Positions 22,601 through 36,064 are shown, counted from the first letter of the whole stretch. The stretch: DNA of 63,703 bases, filler included, from Lenisia limosa (GCA_001655205.1; 8 parts of 8 records of this genome joined end to end with filler, not necessarily neighbours in it); one strand, 5' to 3'. Numbers and translations: made by a program. Notes: generated by a model from the letters alone, not told the origin.

Positions 22601-23290
22601 GGACTGGCAGCCGGTTTTCTGAACCAGAGAGGGACACGTAGGCTCTCCATGGATATAATTCTCAAACGCCCATGTTAAATACTACTAATTTGGCGGTTGG
22701 CTTTGTTTCGTCGAAAAACAAGACATCGTTTAGAACCATATTGAAGCTCTAAATAGTGTTATCACTGCTTATTGAATGCAGGCGCAAGGCGTTGAATGTG
22801 ACATACGCCGCCGTAGAGCCAGCCACTGATACGTGTATGATGGGCTTGGTGTGGAACAGCTTTGTACTGAAAATTCATTATTATTATTATTATTATTTAA
22901 TTCAAACTGACCAGTTCCTTTTTGAAGAAGAAAATGCACATGAGATACTAAAACCTGCTGCATTGCTGTGTTACTCATTAATGATGCACTAACATAACAG
23001 TGCCTGCATGGAGAGCGCCTGTTGAAGTGGTTTCCTCTCCTCCGCGACCGGAGCGACTCCTCAATATCCAGTATGAAGAGTCCCTATACATAGTTCAACT
23101 TGATTGCGTTCTCATTCTTTATACAGCTTCTATCTCATTGCGAGATTGAATTGGTACTTTTCGGTACTCATTAAACCCCAATCGTCTCACCCCACAGCCG
23201 TGCGGAGGCCTACCTCGCTTCTGAAGCAGTGCCTGGTCCTATTTCTGACACCTCTCGTTGGACTGAGCCGAAATTGGAGTATGAGCCCAG
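19640..23290 (+). CDS. Probable multi-exon gene or genes, Pro-rich, product unknown
   Basis: Exon-like frames AVLCECGNLDCECGVNEKFHFWADPLMVTLDEGLCVDGFYECYDDPGPVI|GT, RIPIVDRRPILDPKFGLTQPRVQSVPLRKPP and RAEAYLASEAVPGPISDTSRWTEPKLEYEP; continuity not established. Confidence 0.3.
21353..21438. mobile_element. Tc1/mariner-type MITE, 86 bp
   Basis: TIRs CAGTTACCGGGATTAGTCTTGA / TCAAGACTTATCCCTGTCACTG|TA; decayed copies at about 35902-35967, 47851-47918 and 48795-48866. Confidence 0.75.
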
Positions 23291-23690
23291 GTCACCCGTT
23301 TCCCCCGAAGCTCTTGATGTTTTTGGTTGGTGAAGTGGGTAGTTGGTTAATTATTTCATCAAATCTCGCATTATCAAAAGTTTCATTTGATACGTTTCAA
23401 ATGTCTGGACCCCTTTCAGATACCCTTGTTTCCTTCGTTCTTTCCTGGTTTCCTTCGCCCCTTCACATTCTTTGCTTACTTCATCTTCCTTTCATATTCC
23501 CTTTTAACTGTGTCCTTTCACATTCCTTGTTTACTTTACTAGCCGCCAAGCCAAAGGGAGGAAAGTGGCCTCATCTCGCCCCTCCAAAAACCCGAGTGAG
23601 ATGGACTAGGTTTAACTTTTGGGCTTCTTGTTCCTTCGAACCCCTAATCATTTTTGGAGTGATGAGATGCGGTGCTGCAGAAGCGACTGG

Positions 23691-23790
23691 NNNNNNNNNN
23701 NNNNNNNNNNNNNNNNNNNNNNNNNNNNNNNNNNTTAATTAATTAANNNNNNNNNNNNNNNNNNNNNNNNNNNNNNNNNNNNNNNNNNNN
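23691..23790. other. Artificial contig spacer
   Basis: N44-TTAATTAATTAA-N44. Confidence 0.97.
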
Positions 23791-23799
23791 TAACATGGG

Positions 23800-24366
23800 G
23801 GAGTGACACCCTCTAACCTCGTTGAACTTGTCATGGAAGGCAGTTGTGGTCAAACCATTGATGAGCTAAATTAGCATAAAAGGGCCACAAAAGCAAGCTC
23901 TTTCATAAATGAATGTGAACAGATTAAATTCTCCATTACTTGCCAGCAGTTGCAATATTCCGAAGTACAACATACCTGGAGCTTTGCCTTCAGAGTATCA
24001 GGGGCAGCAGGAGTGGTGGCAGGGATGCTGGCTGCATCCTTTGGAGAAGATGCTGAGAAGGCCCTTAACAAGAGGTTTGAACTGGGGGGGGGGGGGGGNN
24101 NNNNNNNNNNNNNNNNNNNNNNNNNNNNNNNNNNNNNNNNNNNNNNNNNNNNNNNNNNNNNNNNNNNNNNNNNNNNNNNNNNNNNNNNNNNNNNNNNNNN
24201 NNNNNNNNNNNNNNNNNNNTTTCAAAGCAACTGGGAATTAGCAGTTATTAACATTGGAATGAAAGAGTTCAATAGGAGGGGAGTCATCCAACCTAGCGGT
24301 TGATGATGATGAGACCTTATTGACAGCCGCGGCGGCCGACAGTTCAGCCAAAACAGTCCCGGACAT
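23800..24366 (-). CDS. 5' part of an unknown gene
   Basis: MSGTVLAELSAAAAVNK | ...LLRAFSASSPKDAASIPATTPAAPDTLKAKLQ|GTATGT | LINGLTTTAFHDKFNE. Confidence 0.45.
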
Positions 24367-24513
24367 CGCAGGGTTCCTGGAGGAATGGAGTATTTAGGCT
24401 TGGGAATTGACCCATGCGTGACATATGATCGATGTACATTATGTATTATGCACATATGATATGATATACTATATGGATGTATTTGTCAGGGAACTGGCGG
24501 CACGTAAGGCCGT

Positions 24514-27500
24514 TTAATCAACACGGATCGCGGACAACACGCCGCCCGTTCCTGACACGTACATATCTCTGCTATAATCAAATATGAAAATTTTTGTGGG
24601 GGTAACGTAACCACACCCAAAACAGTTGGGGTAACCAGATGCTTGTAGTTGGGGGAACCAGGTGCATTTCTCGTATATTACAAGTAGATGTCTGTCATCT
24701 CCAACACCATTCGGCCTACTCATTGAGAATTTTTGAGACCACTTCGGATGCACACCGGCTGACTAATGCAGGGCTGTTGCACTGGAGCAAAGATCTGGCA
24801 AACACGCCTATAATATCAGCAGGAGGTTTCGCAACCAAGTCTTACTTTATAAGCGAGGAATAGATGGGGAATTTTTATACGCCTGAAGCCATTCCAACTT
24901 TATCATATTTCCAAAAAGTTGCAAAAACACGAGATATTGAAAGAAAATGGTGGCACGATTCAGTTTTATTCACTCCGTACCCACTAAGATCAGCTGACTT
25001 CGCGGAATCGAAGAAATGGCGGGAGAGCGCGAACAGAAGAGCTCCGGCGCTTTCAGGCGACAAGTGCGGCAGGACAGCTGCAGTTTTAGGAAGTTGATAG
25101 AGCACGAGTTGACAAGACTACCCCTTAACCCCTTTTCAAATAATCATAATAATGATAAGAAGCGAAAAACTAACTCCCCATCAAAAGAGAAATCAGGCCT
25201 GCTCACCTGGTAATGCCAGGGCCCATTCTCCAGCAACTTCCGCAGAGAGTGGCGCTGCTGCCAGGAGGGGGATGGTCTTGGACTGTCAAAAAAAACGTCG
25301 TAGACAATAAAAATAGTCACAAAAAACAATCAATGATAAGGAAAATAGTACACCATGTTTTAATATAATATTAGTGGTTTTGTTCTGATAGTTTTCTCTT
25401 TTAACATGTGGACTCCGGCATTAATTTCACAATCAGACGTTTGTCCACTTTCTGTCGTTTGACTCCACAGTCAGTCTTGTCAAAAAAAACCTGTAGACCG
25501 CCTATGCCCAAGCCTTCAGTGGCCAGCCCCGCATCCTCCCGTCATCACTAAGTGTGGTTCACCTGATCTTATACACACTGTGCCTCTTTTATACGTTTTA
25601 TATACATGTCTTTTAATGGCATAATGTTGCAGTGAATTCGTCTTCGGCCAGGCGTTGAGCGTTGAAAAATTGGTGGCGACGGCACCAACAGCGGTCAACG
25701 TCAGTTGGAAGGATGAGGGGATAGACCTCGCCATAGGTGTTTCAATGCAGTTCTTTTTTCTAGATTATCTTTTATTGATACATTCAGGTGAAAAGGAACC
25801 AGATCTCAAAGTATAAAACTGGAGCTATCAGAAGAAAGTCTGGCAAACCCATGTGTGTGAGGATTGGTAAGTTGGTGGGTGTTATGCCAACCTGTACATA
25901 ATTGTACATTTTATTATTTTAATATCATTTCATTTTTAGCCACCGATCAGGTGAAATGGAATGTGAAAGCGTCTCTGTATCTACCAGCCCGTGTGTCCAC
26001 AGGCTCACATCTCTTTCTCGCTCTTCTTTCGGAGATGTGTGTTCGGTCAGATGTTCCTTGGGCGGCTTTCAATCTTGTTACCGGTGCAACAATATGATGA
26101 TTTGGCTAAACAATACCATTTTGTACAAGAGGTTAAGTCTGTTCTGTTATTGCTGCTGTTATATGATTTGACGCAATAGAAAATTTTGCAATTTCAACTC
26201 TGTAAAGTAAAGGCGTTACTGTGACAGCAGTTTTTCACGACTTGATGTATACATTTCCTTTTCGACGAACTATTGGATACAGGGGACGGTACACAAACAA
26301 TTGTCAAAAAACGTTTCTTCCTCTCTGTCAACCTTCCTTCTTCATTTTTAATTGATTTAATTGTACAAACTGCCTATTGTCAAAAAAAAAACAACACAAT
26401 TTTGAGAAATATACAAAAAGCGATGGAATAACCAAACATACCCCCCTTCCCCTCCCCACGGATTCTATGATGAGGGCCAGCGGTCCGGATTTGGCGATCG
26501 CTGTCTGGACCAGACGTATGGCCGATATATTCTGNNNNNNNNNNNNNNNNNNNNNNNNNNNNNNNNNNNNNNNNNNNNNNNNNNNNNNNNNNNNNNNNNN
26601 NNNNNNNNNNNNNNNNNNNNNNNNNNNNNNNNNNNNNNNNNNNNNNNNNNNNNNNNNNNNNNNNNNNNNNNNNNNNNNNNNNNNNNNNNNNNNNNNNNNN
26701 NNNNNNNNNNNNNNNNNNNNNNNNNNGAAGGGATATACGTGAACGCTTTAGGGATATTTTAACTGGATAGTATTCCTGAAAAATATGTACGGCTCCTATG
26801 TTCCTGCTCAAATAGGCGTTTTTCGGTCAGAGTAATATCACAAGTCCATATACTTACCAATAGGGGAGGAGACGTTGGAGCTAATGCCCTGGTAATGACA
26901 GGGGGCCACAGGACACTCGGGTGGTAGTCTGAGGGAATTCTGGCGAAACTGCTGAGGAGAACACTACTCAGGCCGTCTGATTGTTGCAATTAGTAATAAC
27001 AATAATAAAAAAATGAAATTGCATTGAGTGAAATGATAAATGGAGATGATTGAAAGATCTTCGCTAGCATATCCATCCACTGATAATGTCTCATTTCCTC
27101 ATATTGACAACAAAAAGCGACTACCAACCTGCAGATGAGCTGAGATGACTGAACATTTGCGGTGAAAGGCAGTCCTAAAACAATCACAAACAGAACAACA
27201 GAGATGGCAACTTAGTCTCCTCTCTATTAATAGTTCAGAATAGAACTCCGGTCAAATATGGCATATCTTACCTGCGGAAGAGACAGGAGATTTTGCTGGA
27301 GACCCGAAATTGGGAGGCCAGACGATGGGCAAAGTTCAACCGAAATGAGAGCCATTGTGCTCCTGAATTGATCAAAATCAAAATCGAGGGATCAACATCG
27401 AGGGATCAAATCGGTGAAAACATAAGTGTCACTGAATAATCAATTAGAACACTTGGTTGTGTGATAGAGAAAACACAAAGGGAGAAATGGAATAAAGGGC

Positions 27501-30020
27501 AATAGTGGGCAGAATCGCCACCAGCACGGCTGATGCCTTCTGCAAACCCGGGTGTTTCCCGAAGGTGTGGGCTTGTTAGGTAATTGTACACGTGATTTCA
27601 CGTATCACCCTATTCAGCTGCCGTTTGGTCCTGATAACGCACCAATCACGGTCCCACCCATAGCAGTTGCCGAATACGCTATCAACAGGTCCGAAGTATA
27701 GATCATCGCTCGCTCGGCTGGTCGCAGACACGATAAGCAGATTCCAGATTTTACTTTTCAAGTGTTTATTAATAAGATGAGGATATTAAATTAGATAACC
27801 ATTATGCCTCCAATGGAAGTGGAGGTGTACGCGACCGTGGAGGGACTCGAACAGTTCCATTCTCGAGAACTGCATTTGAAATGCCCAACTTTCTTTGAGC
27901 AAGTAGTATCAATGTAGCTGGGAGGATCATTTTTTTTCTCTCTCTCACTTCTACATACCACTTAAGGTTCTTCGACTTCGCCAGCGTCAACTCCATCAAG
28001 ATCCTAATGATCTGTGACGTCTCCGGAATGGCAAAGCACTGGAATGCGAACTCAGAAATGGCCGTGTGACCGTGTCATCGCGATGCGGTTCTTAATGCAG
28101 TCCGTCGTCGCCATCGCCCACTGGCTCCAAGAGAGATTTGGTCCTGGTGAGAGGCTGTAACTGTACTTATGCGTCAAAAATTTCAAGTTGAGTGTGAATA
28201 TAATATATGAATTCACGTTAATTCACTTTATTGTTGCTTTGTTTATAACAACAAAGAATTCATGTCTAGAAAAGTTGTAACACAAGCCCAAATCATCAAT
28301 GCGGAAGGAGTGGACAATTCTCTTTTCATCGATTGAAGGCTTGATGCAACATCCCGTTCAATTTTTAGTCGGATATTTTCACGTTACTCTCCATAGGAGT
28401 TCTTCAACGACAGCTTGTTGTTCAGTAGTTCAGTACGACGATCATGCTTGCGCGCGAAGTATCACAGTTTAATACTTTCAGCCAATGGCTCCTGAAGCTG
28501 AAGGAAGTTGTGTCGCGTTTCAAGTGTTTATACCCATGTAGGCATGGATATATTTTGTTGTAAACATTTCAGTCTCTCATTTGTGCGGTAAAAGCCGGTC
28601 TCGTCAGTCCTGCCCAACTCCAGCAGCTGACAAAGACCGTCTGTAGTACTGGGGGCTACCACCCTCAGTTCTTGATGACGGTCATCCTACAACTCGGTTG
28701 CTGGCTTCGTTCACCCAGTTTTTAATGATAATATAAACGTCATCATACTTCTCACCACTAAACACGTTCACCAGCTGTTTGGTGTGTTATTTTGGTATTC
28801 GTTTTTTACCTCTATTTACGCCTCTGACGTCGTATCAACAACCGCATCGAGACCCCCAACCTCCGCAAGGAAGCCTTGACCCCAACTTTACCGATTTTGG
28901 GATGAATAATCCGTGTGTACTATTGATTTTGTTTTGTTTTGGCTTTGAACATCATAGGAACATGAATCTACCACTGCTAAACTCAGCTCTGGATTCAGAG
29001 ATCTGGGTATGCGGAAATATTGCCCAGAAAAAGAAAAAAAGAAGTAGTGCATGAATCAAGGGTATTGCATATGAATCAGGAGTAACGCAAATGAATCAAG
29101 GTTAGGTCGAATGGAATGAATCTGTGGGATTTGTCTTTTCTGAAGTGAGGCACTCATCATACCTGAGGGTTGCTGGGAGGGATGGGTCATTGCACCTTTC
29201 AGCAAGACTAGTCACGAGTTTCTGGGTAGAATAACATATCTGTTTCAACTTTTGTATCATTATAAATGGCATACAATGTCAAATGCGACGACAGCTTCAT
29301 CATATCGATATGTGGACACTTCAATAAAATATGACTGAAATTATCGACCTCCTCCCCATACCATAAGTCCCGAAACCGACTCTGCCGATGTGACCGCTGA
29401 GAGGAGTTTGAGAATGGCTAAAGACATTAACGTAAAAAAATACCTAGTCAAGGTGAAAAAGTGACTCATACTAATTTCACCACAATTGATACCCCAGAAT
29501 AAAGATTACAGCTTGGGCTTCACTTCGCTTCGAAAAATACCGGTAAAATATCGATAATTTTCGATAATTTATCGAGAAATTCAGTCTTTTTATGAACCGA
29601 AGTGAAGCCCTAAATACAGCACCCACATGATCCAGACGCTTCGTGTGGAGGGAGGCCAAGAACTGAGGGGGCCACACGGGAAACAAGGGCACCAAGGGAG
29701 AGTGCTCGTGTCATGCCTGGGGAATGGGGGTCCTGACATGCTTCTTGCAAAGACTGCCTTGTGAATGGAATAAATATGAGAAAGAAAGCACAGAAGAGGA
29801 GGAAAGGTGAAACATGACAGAATACCTCACAAAACGAAGACTCCTGTAAAAACTGTCCTTCAGAACTGATAACAATCAACAGTATACAAAGCATTATGAT
29901 GTTGTTCTTCAACCCCTTGGACCTTCCATTTTGGGGTTAACTGTTCAATGGCCTTGGCTTCGGATGAGACGCTCAGAAGACTTCCAATGCCTGCGCAGCA
30001 GAGAACCGAAGTGATTCCTG
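24514..30020 (-). CDS. 3' part of a long, probably alpha-helical protein, multi-exon, unidentified
   Basis: Exons NISAIRLVQTAIAKSGPLALIIES|GTGGGG, TIPLLAAAPLSAEVAGEWALALP, AVLPHLSPESAGALLFALSRHFFDSAK, VFARSLLQCNSPALVS, DMYVSGTGGVLSAIRVD*; may be more than one gene. Confidence 0.45.
28300..28760 (-). pseudogene. Degraded intronless coding relic (possible old TE)
   Basis: Protein-like frames (GEKYDDVYIIIKNWVNEASNRVVG*, RHNFLQLQEPLAESIKL*YFARKHDRRTELL...) with multiple TGA/TAA stops. Confidence 0.3.
29513..29612 (+). mobile_element. hAT MITE, 100 bp
   Basis: TTGGGCTTCACTTCG...CGAAGTGAAGCCCTA; TSD ATTACAGC/AATACAGC (7 of 8 match). Confidence 0.92.
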
Positions 30021-30567
30021 GGGGGGGGGGGGGNNNNNNNNNNNNNNNNNNNNNNNNNNNNNNNNNNNNNNNNNNNNNNNNNNNNNNNNNNNNNNNNNNN
30101 NNNNNNNNNNNNNNNNNNNNNNNNNNNNNNNNNNNNNNNNNNNNNNNNNNNNNNNNNNNNNNNNNNNNNNNNNNNNNNNNNNNNNNNNNNNNNNNNNNNN
30201 NNNNNNNNNNNNNNNNNNNNNGAGAAATACTTTGAAAAACTATAATAATATTGAATTAATTATATTTTAGCGACTATTTGATCATATTATTTCATATTGT
30301 TTCATCCTATTTCATATTGTTTGATATGGATGTATATATAGTGTATTGTATCTTAGGTCCATGATTTGTTTGCACCCACCAGGTTTCTCTAGGGAAGGAA
30401 GGGCCGCAAATGTCTCGGAGAGAATGGTCTGATCCTAAAATAATAAATGGTAGCTTGGAGGAACTTGATAGTCTCCAAAAATAATCAACACTCTATTGTA
30501 TTTGCTTTTGGGAAGGGAAGTTGAGGTAATTAGTCAGTCATTATTATTATTGTAATAGAGGCCCCTC

Positions 30568-30667
30568 NNNNNNNNNNNNNNNNNNNNNNNNNNNNNNNNN
30601 NNNNNNNNNNNTTAATTAATTAANNNNNNNNNNNNNNNNNNNNNNNNNNNNNNNNNNNNNNNNNNNN
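30568..30667. other. Artificial contig spacer
   Basis: N44-TTAATTAATTAA-N44. Confidence 0.97.
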
Positions 30668-30762
30668 TGGGGAGTGGGTGTAAAGGATGACCAAGTGGGG
30701 AGTGGGTGTAAAGGATGGATGATTAAGAGGTTATTTGATCTCTCGTGATTGTTCATTTTTCA

Positions 30763-31630
30763 GATTTCCATTCTGCGTTCCCACAATGAAGAAATTGAGC
30801 CGCTCTCAAGGTGAGTCTCTCTCTTCCTTCTGGAATGCTGAACCCCAAGCGTTGCTAAAATGCACTTTACTTCACATGACTTCTATAAATGCTGAATGAG
30901 TATCGGTATTTGTATGTTTTACAACCCCTGTGTAATAAGGGCTTTCTGATTACTTTATTTAGAAGGTCGAACACCCCAAGGAGAAGTCGCAGTGCGTCAC
31001 GGGGCCGTAACCAGGTGGGGGGTAATCAGGGGTAATCACAATATCTCTTCTCTCCGCTCCTCTTAGGGTTTCTGACCAGTATGGAGCGTGAAAACAATAG
31101 TATGAGTAGTTGGAGAGTTGAATTTTTCTAATCAATCCAGGAATCAATGAATGCATCATTTGCCAGGTTAGCGGGGGTAGGTAGGAGTATGATTGGTTCA
31201 TGGTATACGTACAGATCCCATGCCTTCTCTCACCAGAGCTTCTCTTTGTTCACAAAAGCATAGAATTCCTCGATCAATCAGTCTCTCTCTTTTTTTTTTC
31301 TTTTTTTTTTTTACATTTTTTCATTCGCTTTTAGGAGTGAAAAGCGCTGGTCCCCAGCAGTCGAGGAGCACAGAGGGCCAATTATTGGTGGGTATTTTTC
31401 GTGGTGTTAGGAGGAGATGTGTTGGTAATACTGCTGTGGGCACTAGGGCTTGTTTCCTCCTTGCTTCTAAAACACTCAAGATGTTGACACGAAGTTGGAT
31501 AGCGTGGGCTTTGTTTTCTAATTCCCAGTAGAATTGTTATTTTCACGCTTCCATTCACCCACCCCCCAGACCAGAGAAGAGTGGAAGCCCTGAGAAACCT
31601 GAGATACCTGGAAACTACCACCAAAAGAGG
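30763..31630 (+). CDS. 3' exons of an unknown gene, convergent with the LRR gene
   Basis: AG/GT-bounded exons ISILRSHNEEIEPLS, VKSAGPQQSRSTEGQLL|GTGGGT, DQRRVEALRNLRYLETTTKR. Confidence 0.4.
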
Positions 31631-31896
31631 GTAAAGTGTTAGGACTTATTAGCTTTTTTATTTGTGTATTATGAATTTTATGAGGTTTTTTTTAGTCTTT
31701 TGAGCGTCGAATAATATCAAAATTCTTCGATAATATCGATATTTTATTGTCTTTTTTGGACTTGTGAGGCTATTTGCCTTGGAATGGCAATGTTAGGCAT
31801 TATTTACTTAGACGTTACCCCTCAGACTCACAAATCCCAAGGTTATACTATACACAAATACATTACATTAAAATCACAACCCAAATACAAATAACC

Positions 31897-34435
31897 CTAA
31901 ACCTCCAACTGGACTTGGGCTGGGAACTTCAGCTGACTATAAACAGCCTTGACTGATTTGAGAGACAAATGGTCAAGCGCTGAAGATGACGCCTTGTTAA
32001 GAGAGTCACATATGGCCTGAAGCAATAAGAGAGTCACATATGGCCTGAAGCAATAAGATTAAGTAGTAGAGACCCTTCCCCTCACAGCTACGCCTTTATG
32101 GCTGCCAAGAGGATTGTTGTCCAAAATCAGAGTCTGAAGGGCATAGTTCTGCTTGAGGCCTTTTGCCAAGGAAAGTGCATTCTGGGGGATATCAAGGAAA
32201 GGGCAATATGAGGGGAGGTAGGATATAGAGCGAACTGGTGTGAGTGTAACACTTATTTGCAGAAACAAAACATCCAAATATAATACAATTTCGAGAAGAT
32301 ACACAAAGCAAAAAGGCGAGGCACAGTGGGTTGCAGGCCTACCTCGTAATTGAGACGGTTTCCGGCCAAGTTGAGGGAGGACAAGACACTATTATCGCAC
32401 AAGAGGTCCCCAAGAGTTTCTTTGGTCCCGGTTGTAGGCGATGTGGCAAGTCCGTTGTTCGACATATTCACAACCTGGGGGGGGGGGGNNNNNNNNNNNN
32501 NNNNNNNNNNNNNNNNNNNNNNNNNNNNNNNNNNNNNNNNNNNNNNNNNNTTGGCTGACAACACGAGGGTTGATAACAAAACAAACAAAGCCCAGGCTGG
32601 TCGCTTCTGCAGCACATCATCCCTCACTCCAACGGTGGTGAATGTTAGATAATATTTGTTTTGTATTTTGGGGTTTCCAGAACTCGCACCTTCAGATTTT
32701 GATTCACTCGAAGGCCTTGAATCACAGCCTTTGCGCCTTGTAATCTGACAATGGTGATGATGATGATGGTGGTGGTGATGATAACGGTGATGATGATGAT
32801 GATAGTGGAGTGATAATGCCCCCCCCCCCAACCTTAACGATGATCTTGAGAGATCTAGCTCTTCAAGAGTGAAGTTCTTGGCGATCATTTCTCCAAGGGC
32901 TTTTCCTCCAGCATCCCCACAATTGTTACCACTAAAATGGTCAAAAGAAAGATTATAATGATTAGAGCAATAAGAATCTCTATTGACAGTTAAGCCATCA
33001 ATACAACTGGTAAGGCATCTATATGTCAACATTTAGTATCATATTTGTCAACAGACCCCACCTCAGATTCAAGAAGCGCAATGAAGGGTTTTGCGCCAAG
33101 GAGGCGGCAATCAAAGCAATGTCTTTTTCTGTAAATTTGTTTTTTGAGAGGTTCAGCCTGACGAGGCTTCGGTTTGTTTCAATCATCGACGCAATCGCGA
33201 TCGCACCCTTTGAGCGTTATTCCCTGGTCCAAAAGACCTATTATCGATGCTGATCGAGGAATTATCGAGAGACTTAGATTGGACTGGTTACGAAGTAATT
33301 AGACATAAAAACGGTTTTATCAGAATAAGTCACCCAAGCATTCCCTTCACGACTATCTTCACCCCCCCCCCCNNNNNNNNNNNNNNNNNNNNNNNNNNNN
33401 NNNNNNNNNNNNNNNNNNNNNNNNNNNNNNNNNNNNNCAGATCTGTGATCTGACAATTGGTCATTGACAGGGCCTCGGAAAGCGCTTGGGCACCGCCGCA
33501 GCCGATGGAATTGTCCGAAATGTGCAGCGTATTAATTGCAGTGTTAACCTGGGGGTGTAAATCGCCAATGAGGTTTTCGTTCATATATTAATAGACATTT
33601 GTTCATATAATGGCCAAATACTATTCTTGAAATCCATTGATCATCTGCCTACTCTGAGGGACGCGGCTAAAGCTTCCATACCCTACATGGTGAGACTTGA
33701 CGTTATCATATGTACAATTTGGGGCTGCATTGAAGTAATATTTGGAATATGGTAAGGTGCTGCTACTTTTTACGACTTAAAAAGTCCTGTTTTAATACGC
33801 ACATTCTATTCGCCCCCAGGAACTGCATTTTCTTTGCACCCACCAGGGGACCCAAGCCATGGTGGGCCATGCGGAAGACGTCTTCATGAGACCGCTTCAG
33901 GTAAAACGTTACTGGGACGCATCCTAGCTCTTCGCATTTCTCAAGATACGTCTGTTGACATAGCGAGGTGAAAGTGGAGTACTTGCCTGAAAAGGAAGTT
34001 AGAAATGGTGAAGGTGGAGCTAAAAAGGAAGCTAGAAGAGAAACATGGTGAATTCCAGGCTGTATTCCCCCTCCCCCACTTTTACTCTGAACTTCATGAA
34101 ATTCTTCGTTAAAATCAAAACCGGCTAGTTCGTCTTCAGAGTCTGGGGGGGGGGGAGTAAAATTGGAAAATTTATGAAACAAAAAAAACCAAATCAACTC
34201 TCTGNNNNNNNNNNNNNNNNNNNNNNNNNNNNNNNNNNNNNNNNNNNNNNNNNNNNNNNNNNNNNNNNNNNNNNNNNNNNNNNNNNNNNNNNNNNNNNNN
34301 NNNNNNNNNNNNNNNNNNNNNNNNNNNNNNNNNNNNNNNNNNNNNNNNNNNNNNNNNNNNNNNNNNNNNNNCCCTCCAAACATTATACCCCCTCTAACCA
34401 GGGTGCTGAGTTTCTTCCGGTTCTGGAGATGACAT
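31897..34435 (-). CDS. LRRC74: LRRC74-like RNI-type leucine-rich repeat protein
   Basis: MSSPEPEETQHPDSEDELAGF...; family-like N-terminal YLEKCEELGCVPVTFYLKRSHEDVFRMAHHGLGPL; RNI-type LRRs (LHISDNSIGCGGAQALSEAL, LNLSKNKF, SGNNCGDAGGKALGEMIAKNFTLEELDLS, LNLAGNRL, LILDNNPLG); ends QVQLEV*. Confidence 0.75.
31998..32058 (-). repeat. 28-bp tandem duplication spanning an acceptor site
   Basis: Minus-strand unit CTTATTGCTTCAG|GCCATATGTGACTCT x2. Confidence 0.8.
32551..32630. repeat. High-copy dispersed A-rich repeat (…ACAAAACAAACAAAGCCCAGGCTGGTCGCTTCTGCAGCAC…)
   Basis: Related segments at 4700-4739 rc, 23640-23690 rc, 34146-34204, 52135-52240, 54700-54970 rc, 55590-55651 rc, 57040-57095, 59740-59890, 59945-60065 and 61700-61760. 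Confidence 0.8.
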
Positions 34436-36064
34436 ATTTGGCCTAAATGTGTAAATAATGTAAATATCATTATATTATGTATCTTGGGATCAAGAAACTG
34501 AAAAAAGTTTGTATCAGGTCGAAGCAGTCTCATGTTAACAAGGGTATCATATATCTGATTTTACACACTATGACAAATATCTCTTTTAGCTTCAACCAGA
34601 TCCTTTTTTAAATTTCTAGATATCATATCAACACTATGACAGCGGAGTATTATATGATATATTGCCCCATATCCACAAGTGTTATTATAATATGACATAA
34701 TATGTAGTACTTTCCATCAAAATGATGAAAGAGATAACACCAGGGTTTATCCTGAGTGTATCAGAGTATAAATGAGACTAGACGGTCAATTTTCAGAGGC
34801 GACACGGCATCATATTACTGCGTGGAAAATGATAGTATGTGTGAAAAGAACGATATAGTGTACGTTACAACAATATACCCCTAGCTGGCGCTCCGCTGAA
34901 TAAGGAGGCCCACATCCAGCAATACTGGTGAAAATGAACATTTAATATCTAACTGCACTGTCACCTCCATCCTCCATCAAAGGGTATAAATATAAACAAG
35001 TTCTTTATTCCCATGGGCTCCATAGTTGAGGAAACGCTAACCCCCCCNNNNNNNNNNNNNNNNNNNNNNNNNNNNNNNNNNNNNNNNNNNNNNNNNNNNN
35101 NNNNNNNNNNNNNNNNNNNNNNNNNCTTGAGAGTACTCAATTGGTAATCAGACAGCAAGAGCAAATACCAGAGAGATTGATTTCGAGTGAGTGGGAGTAG
35201 TAAGGGGTGGGTTCAACCCAAATCAACCAACGCCCTTTTGGCCTGTGTCTGTGTGGTGGTGGAGAGGAATGAGCAAGCAAATGAGCAAGCAAATGAGCAA
35301 GGATAGGAATGAGAGGTTGGAGAGAGAGAGGCTAGAGAGGCAAAGATGAAAAAGGTTGGCTGGTGCAAAACGATTGAGGGGATGGCTCCATAAACGTATT
35401 TTTACAGGGTACAAAATACTGAGGTAGAGGCAAAAACAGAACAGCACCCCTTCCCTCTTTGCCTTATCCTTTAATAAAGTTATTATAGTAAGTAAACCTG
35501 TTATTAAGCCTTTGTGAAAACTAAAATCAAAATACGTGCGAAATACTCCCAGAAACTCTCTCCCTCCTTTCTTTTTTTTCCGATTGTTCGTTGGTTAGGC
35601 TGCTCTCCATATCATCATATACAAAGTGTTCCTCATGCATGTTCACTGAAAAAAAACAGACAACACACAGATACGCACAATCCACAACCTCTTATTGTCC
35701 AGAACCTCCTCGGTCCAAGCTAATCATGGAGTTGGTACGAGCTACTACTCAACAAAAGTGCTTTGCAGGAGTGTTCAAGGCTACAGTATGTTGGGTATTT
35801 TGAACGTTCTGGAGACGTTTCTGGCTGCGGAAACTTGCTGGAGTAAGCCAGAACACAGTTATGGACCCCTTATGGCTCTCCTTCCTTGAGGTTCGGATGT
35901 ACACTTTCTGGGATATTTGCTCTGTGATTTCCCAAGGAAAATAGGTCAAGACTTATCCAGGTCACTCAGTGGTACCTTCTCAATTGGTAGAATTGCGAAT
36001 GATGTATTATTCGTGGATGATTCAACACAATTCATTTTTTAGTTATTCTATCCTCACAATAAAG

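Noticed and set aside
23104-23742. 212-aa hydrophobic ORF
   Set aside because: Mostly pyrimidine-rich intronic sequence running into an N linker; the likely exon is in another frame.
32253-33032. 259-aa ORF with a poly-His tract
   Set aside because: It reads through LRR exons, an intronic CAT/CAC microsatellite, a dispersed repeat and an N gap; the His tract is intronic.
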